From Desulfurococcaceae archaeon (GTDB lineage Archaea > Thermoproteota > Thermoprotei_A > Sulfolobales > Desulfurococcaceae), in contig JAWAJB010000002.1 in assembly GCA_038888155.1 (NCBI GenBank), forward strand, positions 1 to 64,000: DNA of 64,000 nt, in the 5' to 3' direction. Below the pieces are notes generated by a model, which did no database searches, had not been told where the DNA came from, and worked only from the letters and a program-made list of their open reading frames with translations. How positions within the stretch are numbered: the first letter of the stretch is position 1; every line of letters begins with the position of its first letter. Positions 53,070 to 62,393 of the stretch are shown in pieces. Made by a program: the position numbers and the translations under genes.

Positions 53070-53420
53070 TCAGACCAAACTTCTTTTCCCTTTTTCAATA
53101 AAAAACTTAAAACTATATAGGCTAATGCTAGTGCGGTTAACCATACTCATAGCTTCTACAACCTGTGGCGCAATGCCCCCGCAAAAACTGCTGTGTACAC
53201 CACTATGCACTTTCCCAAAGTAAAAATTCCAAGCCAGTGCCTGTTCCATACAGAATTTTTTGAGAAGTGACGTTTCTTCATGAAAATAAAGCAAAAACAC
53301 AGGCTTATTTAGTCCTCGGCCACGCCAATTAAGACGAAGCGCACGTCGAGGCAAAAGCACAAAGACTTTCCAGAGTTGTAAACATTGGAGCAGGCTTGTT
53401 CAGCCCTGAAAACATTAAAT
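53070..53420 (-). pseudogene. Possible C-terminal remnant of an MFS transporter
   Basis: Frameshifted YGTG/LAWNF and GGIAPQVVEAM segments resemble the last MFS helices. Confidence 0.3.
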
Positions 53421-53662
53421 AACTTATCGCCGCGCAAAGATGAAAAAAGGGCTTAAAACCCCTCGCTCAGCGGCTACATAAATGCCTGCACTTTGTGCCA
53501 ATAAGGTTGTTTAAGAATAGGTTAAATTTTTAAAAGGAAATGTGTAATTAAGCTGTGTATTAACATTACAGCATGTAAATCAAATATAAATTTCCGAAAC
53601 ATCCATATCTACACGAGAATATAAGATACTTTTTAAATATATACCTCAGTTAGGTATACATC

Positions 53663-54301
53663 ATGAGTAAATTAGGAGTACTTAGAAGGCACACATTTAA
53701 TCCCCTCGGCCAGGGAGACCTGCTAGCTGCTCTTATACTCATAGGCGTTACCATTGTAGTTGGCATAGGCTTCTTGAGCTTAGTTTACCCCAGCGTTTCT
53801 GGATTAGTTGGGCAGAACGATCTAAGGACATTGCTGTATAACGAGCAAAGCGTACTTGTTGTATATAAAGAATACGAGAACTCCACTCATACGTGTATAG
53901 GAATTATTAGGCTGGAGCCTGAGAAAACTAGGTACTCATTAGCCCTCATTGCAGACGAGAGAATAGACGTCTTAGCTCGAGATATAAATGCCATTAGCTT
54001 TCCTCTCTCTCAATCATCTACCCCAGAGCCCAGCGGAGTAAGGACTATAACTGCTGACAGAGCATACCGTATTATTAGCGGGGAACACTGTCCGTGCTTC
54101 AAGGGCTTAAGCTACTTAAAGGTGGTTTACTTGCCCCAAGATGTTGCTGATAACTACTTGTCGAGGGGAATACCTGCCTTGACTTGTCTGTCTAAGGACA
54201 TCATTAGACAGTACGGCATCGATGTCACGCTCTACGTGTTTGTACAAGTAAATACGGATTTTTACGAGGTTGGAGAGGTGAACTTCAGTGTTGAGGAGTA
54301 G
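53663..54301 (+). CDS. Pilin-like protein with a class III signal peptide
   Basis: LG/QGDLLAALILIGVTIVVG N-terminus. Confidence 0.65.
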   Translation: MSKLGVLRRHTFNPLGQGDLLAALILIGVTIVVGIGFLSLVYPSVSGLVGQNDLRTLLYNEQSVLVVYKEYENSTHTCIGIIRLEPEKTRYSLALIADERIDVLARDINAISFPLSQSSTPEPSGVRTITADRAYRIISGEHCPCFKGLSYLKVVYLPQDVADNYLSRGIPALTCLSKDIIRQYGIDVTLYVFVQVNTDFYEVGEVNFSVEE

Positions 54302-55481
54302 GAGAAGAATTAGAGCTCAAGCTGAGATTATAGGTGGAGTAATTGTAATAACGGCACTAATAATATCTATGGGCTTAGTGCTTACGAGCTTGGCTCGCTT
54401 ATCATCTACATCGGTTACGGGGATCTCTAAAAGAGCGCTATTCGAATCAGAGAAGTCCTTTGAGACAATCAACGTCGTGTATGAGGATAATACCTGTTAT
54501 GTGCAGAACGCCATAGGCTCATCAGTCAAGTTCGTGAGGATATGGTCTAACTCTACTCCAATAGACTTATTGGGCAACGGCTTCAACTTAATGCTACAGC
54601 CGGGCGAGAAGAGAAGCTTAGATGAACTCAAATCTCTTCTAGGCGTCGAGAGAATAGATCACGTAGTTACATCTAGGGGAAACGTTTTCCCCTTAGAATC
54701 CCTCTGCGTTGAGAGGAGACAACAACAAATATCATATTACTACTACTATTACTACTACGAGCAAACAGGGACTCCGTTTGGTAGCGAGAATATCTTAAAC
54801 AGCACGAAGGTATCTCGTGGATTAGAGAGCAGGTATATTTACGTAAACATCTCCTCGGGCTCAACCGTAACTCCCTATCCTGTTGTTTACAACTTCACAG
54901 GGAAATGGTACTGTAGTAGCCAAACTGATAGAGGAGTAATTAGTACACTAGTAATACGCGATAAAAATAACAACCTAATAGGCTCAGATGCCGACTATAC
55001 TACGATAAATGAGCTAATAATAATCAATGCCAATAATTGTAACAGCATAACTAGCCCTGCATTTGAATGGGGCTATAAAAACTTTGATGGAACGGTTACA
55101 TTCGTGTTCAAAAACCTTGTGAATGTAACGCCTAACGTTGACACAATAGCGTTGTACTTTAAGGTACTGGTTTTAGGTGCTGCAACAGGAGGAGTCTCAC
55201 AACAGCTGAGCACAATTACCTCTGCAACAATATACAATACAACGGTGTCTATATCCACGCCTGTCACTGCGACTACTGCCGGTGCAAGGGAGAACCTCGC
55301 CGTTATATTTGGACAGGCTATATTTCCAGTAAAGGCGTTTGGACTTCAGCTTCCAACTGGAGTTTATGATCTGAGGATAGAGTTAGGGTTGAAAGCTCAA
55401 AGCATTGACATCACTGGTGTACGGCTAGAGTACATAGCACTCGTTGGCGCCGATTTCGCAGGACCGTGGATTGGAGACTAA
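54288..55481 (+). CDS. Large pilin-like/adhesin protein with a class III signal peptide and a poly-Tyr linker
   Basis: RRRIRA/QAEIIGGVIVI; VVTSRGNVF pilin-domain end; many N-x-S/T sequons. Confidence 0.7.
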   Translation: MLRSRRRIRAQAEIIGGVIVITALIISMGLVLTSLARLSSTSVTGISKRALFESEKSFETINVVYEDNTCYVQNAIGSSVKFVRIWSNSTPIDLLGNGFNLMLQPGEKRSLDELKSLLGVERIDHVVTSRGNVFPLESLCVERRQQQISYYYYYYYYEQTGTPFGSENILNSTKVSRGLESRYIYVNISSGSTVTPYPVVYNFTGKWYCSSQTDRGVISTLVIRDKNNNLIGSDADYTTINELIIINANNCNSITSPAFEWGYKNFDGTVTFVFKNLVNVTPNVDTIALYFKVLVLGAATGGVSQQLSTITSATIYNTTVSISTPVTATTAGARENLAVIFGQAIFPVKAFGLQLPTGVYDLRIELGLKAQSIDITGVRLEYIALVGADFAGPWIGD

Positions 55482-55495
55482 TAGTATTTTTGCTT

Positions 55496-56551
55496 CTATT
55501 TTTTCCCAAAGATCCTTGTGAATATTCCTCTGGATTTCGGCTTAAGAGCAAGTATAACCCAATTCCACTTAGTATCTGACTCTATCTGGACAAGAGGAAG
55601 ATATAAATTCGATTGATCAAAGCCCATCGATCCTAGAAGGGGGGATAGTGCTTTTGCCCCAGTTGTTGATAACTTCCACGAATCGACAACAGACAATTTA
55701 TCCCGGCTAAGTAAGTATACCCCTTCATTAGAGGCCACAGCTATGTTTTCACTTAGCGGTGAATCTCTGCCTTCCGATGCTAGGATTTTTGTTCCTGATG
55801 GCTTATCAACGGACTGAATTAATTTGCCTTTAGAGTCGAGCTTGGCTACTCTGTACCCGTCAACGGCGTAAATAAATCCATCGAGATCAACAGCTATCCC
55901 AGTTATTGTCCCTTTTACACTCGGTTTTATAGTATCAAGGAGTTTGAGGTTCTCGTCAAAGAGTTGTATATACCACTCTATCGAAGATCTTGTTCTTGTA
56001 AATCCGCCCGCGACAATGTATTTGTTTCCGCTACTGTAAGCTAAAGCGTAAGCCCCTGACTCCAAGATATCTGTCTCAAATTCAGCTCCATTAATTTTCG
56101 ACAGGTTTTCTGAATTGAGCTTAACGAAGCTAGCGCTTGTGCGAACTTCTGGTCCAAAAGACGTTCCTGCAATGTATATGTGTTTATCCACAAATAAACA
56201 TGAGAATGGCATTAAATAAGGATTTTCAAAGTCAGCTCTTTTAACAACTTGGAGATCCTTGTTAAAGGCAATTGCACTCCAAAATCCCTCTGTTGCGCCA
56301 AAAGCATATATGTAGTTCCCAGAGCTCCGACAAGTAAAGAGAGATGCAAAGTGATGTCCTTGATCATCAGCCCAAGAAGCCACTCTATCCCCATTTCTCG
56401 TATTAAAGGCTTCAGCCCTGTACCTCTTTATCCCTAGGCCTAAGGACTCGTCAAAGCCCACAGCGTAAACTCTATCCCCCGAGACGCATACGCTGTAAAC
56501 CCCATCTCTGTATTTGCTTATGTTGAGCTCTTTACGCCACGACTGCTCCAA
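55496..56551 (-). CDS. Hypothetical beta-propeller-like protein
   Basis: Repeated VYAVG / IYAFG / IYIAG / IVAGG / IYAVD blades; no signal peptide. Confidence 0.65.
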   Translation of the reverse strand: MEQSWRKELNISKYRDGVYSVCVSGDRVYAVGFDESLGLGIKRYRAEAFNTRNGDRVASWADDQGHHFASLFTCRSSGNYIYAFGATEGFWSAIAFNKDLQVVKRADFENPYLMPFSCLFVDKHIYIAGTSFGPEVRTSASFVKLNSENLSKINGAEFETDILESGAYALAYSSGNKYIVAGGFTRTRSSIEWYIQLFDENLKLLDTIKPSVKGTITGIAVDLDGFIYAVDGYRVAKLDSKGKLIQSVDKPSGTKILASEGRDSPLSENIAVASNEGVYLLSRDKLSVVDSWKLSTTGAKALSPLLGSMGFDQSNLYLPLVQIESDTKWNWVILALKPKSRGIFTRIFGKK

Positions 56552-56604
56552 ACCTCTCCACCACTACAAGTAAAATACATTTAAATTTTTGTTAAGCGCT
56601 CTTT

Positions 56605-57843
56605 TTATTTTATTATGGTTGCGCTGTAGGGGATCACTCCTAGAGCAGTTGCAACAAAGAGGACCACTTGGATAGCAGAGAAAAAGAAGGCTACATATTT
56701 GAATTTGTATGTGAACGCCCTGAATAACGCTATGCAAGCGTTTAAGTAGAGAAATGGCAGGACGTTAACGTAGTACCAATCCAGGGGTCCGGCTAAGACG
56801 TTAATTAGCGATAGCCAAGATAGCGCAACAACAGCGCTTAGCTTTTGATCACTAGCTCTCGTTAAGGCTAGGTATGTCGTGTACAACAAGCTTGGGATGA
56901 ACAAATACCAAAGAAACGAGCCCAGCCCAATCCCCACAACAACGAGGACTTTAGATGCAGGTGTAAAGGCTTGGTCCAGAATCTCAAATGAACCGTCAAC
57001 ACTAGTAATTACTGCATTCAACTCCCCAGCATACCTCCACAGCTCTACCCTGGTCAACAGCTTTAGGAGACCGTTCAAAGCTATAGGGAGCGAGAAGCCG
57101 TGTCTCCATGACATATACTTGTACATATCGATATGATGATTTATAATGGCATCAAGACCTAAAGAGAAATCAGCTGAATAAGTAGAAAAGTAAACTGCAA
57201 GCGCTATAAGCAGGTAATTTAAAGAGCCTCTATAACCTTTATCCCGGTAAGCAAGATAAACTGCCCCAAGGAGAACTGACAGCGCGCTTGCCTTTGATGC
57301 TAAACCGAGCCCCATAAATACCGCAGATAGGTAGCTCTTTCCTTTAAGGAGCAAGTATATGCCAAACAGAGAGAGGGATATCGCTATTGGGTCTAATAGG
57401 AGAAACCTAAAAGTATTAAAATACAGGGTGTCAAAAATTAGGAGAAAGGCTGGGAAGAAACAAACTTTTCCGTAGCCTAGTAAACCACAAATGCCATATA
57501 CGAAAAAAGACGAGGCAACACATGTAGCTATGTAAAGGAACCTTGAGAGAGTGATGATCGTGAAGATGCCAATTACATATTTAGCAAAGGGGGGGTGCTC
57601 AAAATTACACAAGAGTGGGGCCACTCCATTAACGTATTTTAAACCGCAGTCAATGTAAACGCGCTCATCGAGGTAGCTGGGTAGGGGGGGATTACTAGCG
57701 TTGATAATCACAAATGTGATGCAAAAAGATAAAAAAAGAATAATACTCTTTATAGATTTACGGGCACTAACGAGCTTGAACAGTTGTTGAAACAACGTTT
57801 CCTGCCCTTGTGTAGACTTTGATAAAGTAGTTCGTACCTGCAC
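56605..57843 (-). CDS. GT-C fold glycosyltransferase, PMT/GT39-like (start uncertain; overlaps the pilin 3' end)
   Basis: YLDERVY and EHPPFAK in the first loop; RFLLLDP; GLGLASK; many TM helices. Confidence 0.8.
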   Translation of the reverse strand: MQVRTTLSKSTQGQETLFQQLFKLVSARKSIKSIILFLSFCITFVIINASNPPLPSYLDERVYIDCGLKYVNGVAPLLCNFEHPPFAKYVIGIFTIITLSRFLYIATCVASSFFVYGICGLLGYGKVCFFPAFLLIFDTLYFNTFRFLLLDPIAISLSLFGIYLLLKGKSYLSAVFMGLGLASKASALSVLLGAVYLAYRDKGYRGSLNYLLIALAVYFSTYSADFSLGLDAIINHHIDMYKYMSWRHGFSLPIALNGLLKLLTRVELWRYAGELNAVITSVDGSFEILDQAFTPASKVLVVVGIGLGSFLWYLFIPSLLYTTYLALTRASDQKLSAVVALSWLSLINVLAGPLDWYYVNVLPFLYLNACIALFRAFTYKFKYVAFFFSAIQVVLFVATALGVIPYSATIIK

Positions 57844-58159
57844 TGTAACCTGTTGAGGTGAGAGTTGCTGTGATTGTTGTTTCTTGTCCAGCTGGTATTG
57901 TCGTCGTATCAGTATATGTTTCTATTCCCACAATTTCAATCTTATAAATGACAGAAGTTGCCGATCCTTCATTCTTTATGTGAAGTTCAAGCGTAGGATT
58001 TTCTCCCGCTATAATGGAGCTGTCTGGATATATCCTAAGGCTCTCAGTTGCACCAACTGTTCCCCACCACCCCATTATCCAGCCCACTACTCCTATCGCA
58101 ATTACTAGCGTTACTGCCACAAGGATTACTACTGCTATTATCGGCTCAATACCCTTCAT
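57767..58159 (-). CDS. Archaeal type IV major pilin candidate
   Basis: MKG/IEPIIAVVILVAVTLVIA class III signal; KNEGS...IYKIEI...AG..Y.IKVYTRAG Ig-like pilin domain. Confidence 0.92.
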   Translation of the reverse strand: MKGIEPIIAVVILVAVTLVIAIGVVGWIMGWWGTVGATESLRIYPDSSIIAGENPTLELHIKNEGSATSVIYKIEIVGIETYTDTTTIPAGQETTITATLTSTGYSAGTNYFIKVYTRAGNVVSTTVQAR

Positions 58160-58299
58160 CTTACCTTCAGCGTTCAAAATACTTTACCACCATAATACAA
58201 TTATGTTCAACATTATTTTTAAACCCTTCGGTTAGAGATCGACATATTCCTTGTAATTTTTTACTCCTTTATCAGTCATACCTTTTTTTAATTTCAAAT

Positions 58300-58713
58300 T
58301 TACGCTTTAATTACTCTCTTAACAACGGGGTACAATGTGCCAGATTTAAGGTATATTTTCAAGGAGTAAGTAACCCCTTGCTCGTACTCTTCGCGCAGTT
58401 TTATTGGAGGCAATTCCTTTATCTCCCCCGGTCTCACGACTAATGACGGGCTTATATCAACGGTCTCCACTCCCTCTACTTCTACTTTATATATCTCTGC
58501 GCTTACTTCTCCCTCATTTACAGCCGTTAATCTCAGGAACCAGGCATTGTCGGCACTACTGAAATAAATCTCCACTTCAAGCACCTTGAGAACTTCAGAT
58601 CTCGAGGTCATTGAGTTATAAGTTGTTATAATCCACGCTGCGCCTGCCGAGGCCAGTGTTATCGCAACGGCAACCAATATGATTATAGAGAAAAGCCTGT
58701 TCACCTTACACAC
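58300..58713 (-). CDS. Pilin paralogue lacking a canonical prepilin cleavage site
   Basis: IIILVAVAITLA helix; NEGEVSAEIYKVEV and Y.LKIYLKSG match the neighbouring pilin. Confidence 0.8.
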   Translation of the reverse strand: MCKVNRLFSIIILVAVAITLASAGAAWIITTYNSMTSRSEVLKVLEVEIYFSSADNAWFLRLTAVNEGEVSAEIYKVEVEGVETVDISPSLVVRPGEIKELPPIKLREEYEQGVTYSLKIYLKSGTLYPVVKRVIKA

Positions 58714-60550
58714 CTATGTACATAAAAGTAGCTGTTATTGTGCCAACTGTAACTAGCGTGAGAACAATTGCGTGGAAGAAGCCTGCAGCTATAGTTGTCT
58801 GCGATGCCTTCCCAGCTATTAGCCCCATAATGTAAGAGTTTATTAAGCTGCCAATGGCTAAGGCAAAGACGAGCGGAGTTACCGCTGTTAGAGGTATTCG
58901 GGCTAGCGAGAGGAGCATGTAGAGTATTACCATGGGCATAGATGCAAGGAGAGTAGCCCCTAAGTATGGCATTATCGCTTGAGCTCTCATCCTTCTTCGC
59001 GTCTCTTCCTCTAGCTCGCTCAACACCTGCGTGAACCTGGCGAGAGTGTCTATAACCTCAGGAGCCCCGCCCCCCACTACTATTGAGTCAGCTAAGAACC
59101 TAAACGACGCTACTACGAACCACTCTTTAATTCCGCGGAGTGCTTTCTTGAGCGCTTCCTCAAGGCTCAGCCCTATTGATAGGGCAGCTGCAGCCCTCTC
59201 GACAACTGGGGTTAGAGTTCTGTAGTTCCTCGATGAGGCGAGGACTATGCACCTCTCTGGGCTCAACCCAGTTTTCCTAGTCTCGCTAATATCCCTTAGG
59301 AAATCTGCCGCTGCTCCAATTAAGCCTTTTCGCCTTTTTACCAAGGATCGGTACTTAAGCGCAGGCGGTATTGAGGCAGTTACGAGCCCCGCAGAAATTG
59401 AGTACACAAGCGATTTAACCTCGCTTATACCCATCCTACCTTGAAGTGCGTTAACACTGCCAGTTACAATTAGCGCAAGCATGAACACGGCTACAGATAT
59501 AGGTAGCCAAGTGGCCATCGTAATATAGGCTTCCCAGTAGCCTACTGGCGTCCTAGGTTGGTTCAAGTGAATTGCAAACGCTATTATTAACCCCAGGGTA
59601 GGCAAAACAATGAAGTTGTACAAAGATGGAAGAGTTACGTCAATGTTTAGCGATGCTAGCTCGCCTGGAGTCCTCGTGGCCTGAGCTGCTGTTATCGCAG
59701 CTGACACCGCAAAGAATACGAATAAAGTTATCGATACTATAACTCCAAATATAGTGTAAACTTCGAGAAAGGACATTAGCCTACCAATTATACTCCTGAT
59801 CTCAGCAGTTCTGTACTCGAACAGCTCCCTTGTCCTTATCTCGAGGTAGTGGACAACGTCCCCTCCGCTTCTGAGGGTCGTAGTGTAGCCCAGCATTATG
59901 TCCCTGAATCTCGAGCTCGGGTGGGTCGACGCAACAACCTCTAGAGCTGTTATGGGGTCATCCCCCATCATTTTAATCCTTGTGAGGATCCTCCGCGCCT
60001 CTGTCCTAATGGCCTTGAAGACCTTGAGCTGAGCGGCTCTCTCAACCACTTTCTCAAGGCTGTAGCCGCCCCTAACCATAGTTGCTACGTACGCCATAAA
60101 GAAAGGCAGTTCGTTCTCAGTCTCTATTTTTCGCGAAGAGGCTGCTACGTATGGGCGCATGAGCCTCAAAGTGAAAACCATGATAGGTATAGTTGCAGCA
60201 GCTGCTATCCCTACTATGATCCACATTAGGTCTAGCGGAATAATTAAGTAAGTTAGGGTAAATCCAGCCACAGATAGTAGTGCGGCTACTACAATCATAG
60301 CTATTGTTTCGGCTCCGTATTTAACGGGGTGAACATTTAAGCCAGCCCTGGCGAATAGCCTGTCTAGCTCGAACATACTCGACAATCTTTTACCAAGCGG
60401 CTCGAAAAAAGCCAGCGAGAAAGCTGTAAAAGCATCTCTTGAAGATATCTCCGGCTCAACCTTGGCCGGAGCTTTTACCCCTTCTCTTTGTTGTTCCCCT
60501 TTTCTCTTCTTTTCTGAAAGCTTCTTCTTCGATCCGCTAAATCTCCCCAT
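58706..60550 (-). CDS. Type IV pilus membrane platform protein (TadC/T2SSF, two domains)
   Basis: ENELPFF...MVRGG, TLRSGG, DFLRDISE...GLSPE, VGGG; multiple TM helices. Confidence 0.92.
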   Translation of the reverse strand: MGRFSGSKKKLSEKKRKGEQQREGVKAPAKVEPEISSRDAFTAFSLAFFEPLGKRLSSMFELDRLFARAGLNVHPVKYGAETIAMIVVAALLSVAGFTLTYLIIPLDLMWIIVGIAAAATIPIMVFTLRLMRPYVAASSRKIETENELPFFMAYVATMVRGGYSLEKVVERAAQLKVFKAIRTEARRILTRIKMMGDDPITALEVVASTHPSSRFRDIMLGYTTTLRSGGDVVHYLEIRTRELFEYRTAEIRSIIGRLMSFLEVYTIFGVIVSITLFVFFAVSAAITAAQATRTPGELASLNIDVTLPSLYNFIVLPTLGLIIAFAIHLNQPRTPVGYWEAYITMATWLPISVAVFMLALIVTGSVNALQGRMGISEVKSLVYSISAGLVTASIPPALKYRSLVKRRKGLIGAAADFLRDISETRKTGLSPERCIVLASSRNYRTLTPVVERAAAALSIGLSLEEALKKALRGIKEWFVVASFRFLADSIVVGGGAPEVIDTLARFTQVLSELEEETRRRMRAQAIMPYLGATLLASMPMVILYMLLSLARIPLTAVTPLVFALAIGSLINSYIMGLIAGKASQTTIAAGFFHAIVLTLVTVGTITATFMYIGV

Positions 60551-60551
60551 C

Positions 60552-62189
60552 CTACACAGCCTCTATTTTCCTCAGAACGCTAAGGGGATCTGTGTAGTAT
60601 GAGTAGACGTACATAGATACAGATTTATAGTCGCTAAGCCTCTTGCTGGCTAGCCACTGGAGGACTCTCTTGCGCCTCTCAATTTCCTCTAATAGGCTGT
60701 CCTCTCCAAGCCCAGTCAATTCCTTAATTTTCTTGAGAACTATGCTACTGCTTAGGTCCAGGTGGAAAACATCTTTAGTGGGATCCCATCGACCTACGTC
60801 TACGTAGTCCTCGTAGTCTCTTACCTCCCATATGTTTGTAACTCTTCTTCCAGGCCTTATCCTGCCCTTTTCGTCTCTTATCTGCACTCTTCTTATAACT
60901 AAGGCTATGTTCACGAGGGGGATATAGGATGGGGGGATATTCATGGGGGGTGAAGTAAGCCTCTTAACGGCGGCATCAATGCTTTCCGCGTGCAGAGTTG
61001 TTATGCCGCTGTGGCCAGTAGCAATAGCCTGAAACAGCACGTAGGCCTCTTCTCCTCTGACCTCGCCCACGACTATTACATCGGGTCTGTACCTCAAGGC
61101 TAGCTTGACTAAGTGGAATAAGGATATCTCGCCCACACCGCTACCAACATATGAAGGCCTTGACACTAGTTGAACCCAGTTTTCATGTGTCAACCTAAGC
61201 TCGGGTGTATCCTCAATAGTTACAAGCTTATACGTAGGCCTAAGTAGAGTAGCCATAGCGTTTAAAGTGGTAGTTTTCCCCGCCCCAGTCACGCCGAGAA
61301 CAAGAGTAGTTAACTTGTAGTCCATGGCTAGCCAGAAGTAAGCCGCTATCTCAGGCGATATGGTGTTGAACAATATTAGGTCCACTACAGTTAGCGGGGA
61401 TTCGCTAAATTTCCTTATTGTGAAGGTGGAGCCTGAAGTAGAGATCTCCTTTTTGAACGTTGCCGCCAACCTGTGGCCTCCAGGCAATATTGTATCTAGA
61501 ACGGGGTATGCTACAGATATGTGTTTACCGGCCATATGCGCTAGCTTGAAGATATACTCATCTAATTCCTCCTCGGAGTTAAATTCTATATTTGTTGGAA
61601 CAGATTCGTACTTCCTGTGCCAGACGTACACTGGCTTCTTGGGTCCATTGCACGATATATCCTCAATGTACCTGTCCCTGAAAACGGGATCTAAATTGCT
61701 GAAGCCAACTATTTCCCTTTCGATGTAATACATTATCTTGCTCCACGAGAGGCCTGGAGTCCTTGTGAACCTTATTTGAAATTCCCTCATGATCCTCCTA
61801 GAGGCCTTTTTAATTTCATTTGTAGCGTCAATGTCCAAGCTACTTATCGGTTTTAGCTCCCATACCAAGTGTTCGCGGATCTCCTTGAATATTTTCTCTT
61901 CTTCGGGAGTGAGCGAAATTTCCTGCACTTCATAGATGATCCTACCGCTGGGGTCTTCAACCAAGTTAACGTATGCGAATGGCTCGTATACGGGATAGCT
62001 CTCAATAACTCGGTAGCCAGGGTTAATGCTGTAAAGCACGTGAGTGAACCTTCTCTCTTTGGGGGCTTTCTCGATAACCTCGCTGACTAGCTCGCCCTGA
62101 GAATCTTTCTGCTCTTTTGCTGGTTTGCTCCTCTTGAAGAGCCTACTAAACAGGCCAGCTTTGCTAAGATCTTTACCCAAGATACTCAT
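60552..62189 (-). CDS. Type IV pilus assembly ATPase (VirB11/TadA family)
   Basis: IEDISC, FTIRKF, GVTGAGKTT, TIEDTPE, RPDVIVVGEVRG, ATGH...TTLHA. Confidence 0.95.
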   Translation of the reverse strand: MSILGKDLSKAGLFSRLFKRSKPAKEQKDSQGELVSEVIEKAPKERRFTHVLYSINPGYRVIESYPVYEPFAYVNLVEDPSGRIIYEVQEISLTPEEEKIFKEIREHLVWELKPISSLDIDATNEIKKASRRIMREFQIRFTRTPGLSWSKIMYYIEREIVGFSNLDPVFRDRYIEDISCNGPKKPVYVWHRKYESVPTNIEFNSEEELDEYIFKLAHMAGKHISVAYPVLDTILPGGHRLAATFKKEISTSGSTFTIRKFSESPLTVVDLILFNTISPEIAAYFWLAMDYKLTTLVLGVTGAGKTTTLNAMATLLRPTYKLVTIEDTPELRLTHENWVQLVSRPSYVGSGVGEISLFHLVKLALRYRPDVIVVGEVRGEEAYVLFQAIATGHSGITTLHAESIDAAVKRLTSPPMNIPPSYIPLVNIALVIRRVQIRDEKGRIRPGRRVTNIWEVRDYEDYVDVGRWDPTKDVFHLDLSSSIVLKKIKELTGLGEDSLLEEIERRKRVLQWLASKRLSDYKSVSMYVYSYYTDPLSVLRKIEAV

Positions 62190-62393
62190 CCTTTTCTACT
62201 TAACGTGATTACCTGTATTTATAGATTAAGGACTCTAAAAACAGATTTCAGAGTTAATCCAAAAAGTATATAGTCATTCATTAACTTCAATTAAATTTTT
62301 TGTCTTTAGGGATTGATAAAAGAGTGAGCAGTTCAAAAATATATAAAAGTTTATGGACTTATTTAGTGTTATTGGTTACATTTAGGTGGCATA

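Noticed and set aside
45960-53660. att-bounded island at tRNA-Gly
   Set aside because: I could not find a direct repeat of the tRNA 3' end or an integrase, so it is not called as a mobile element
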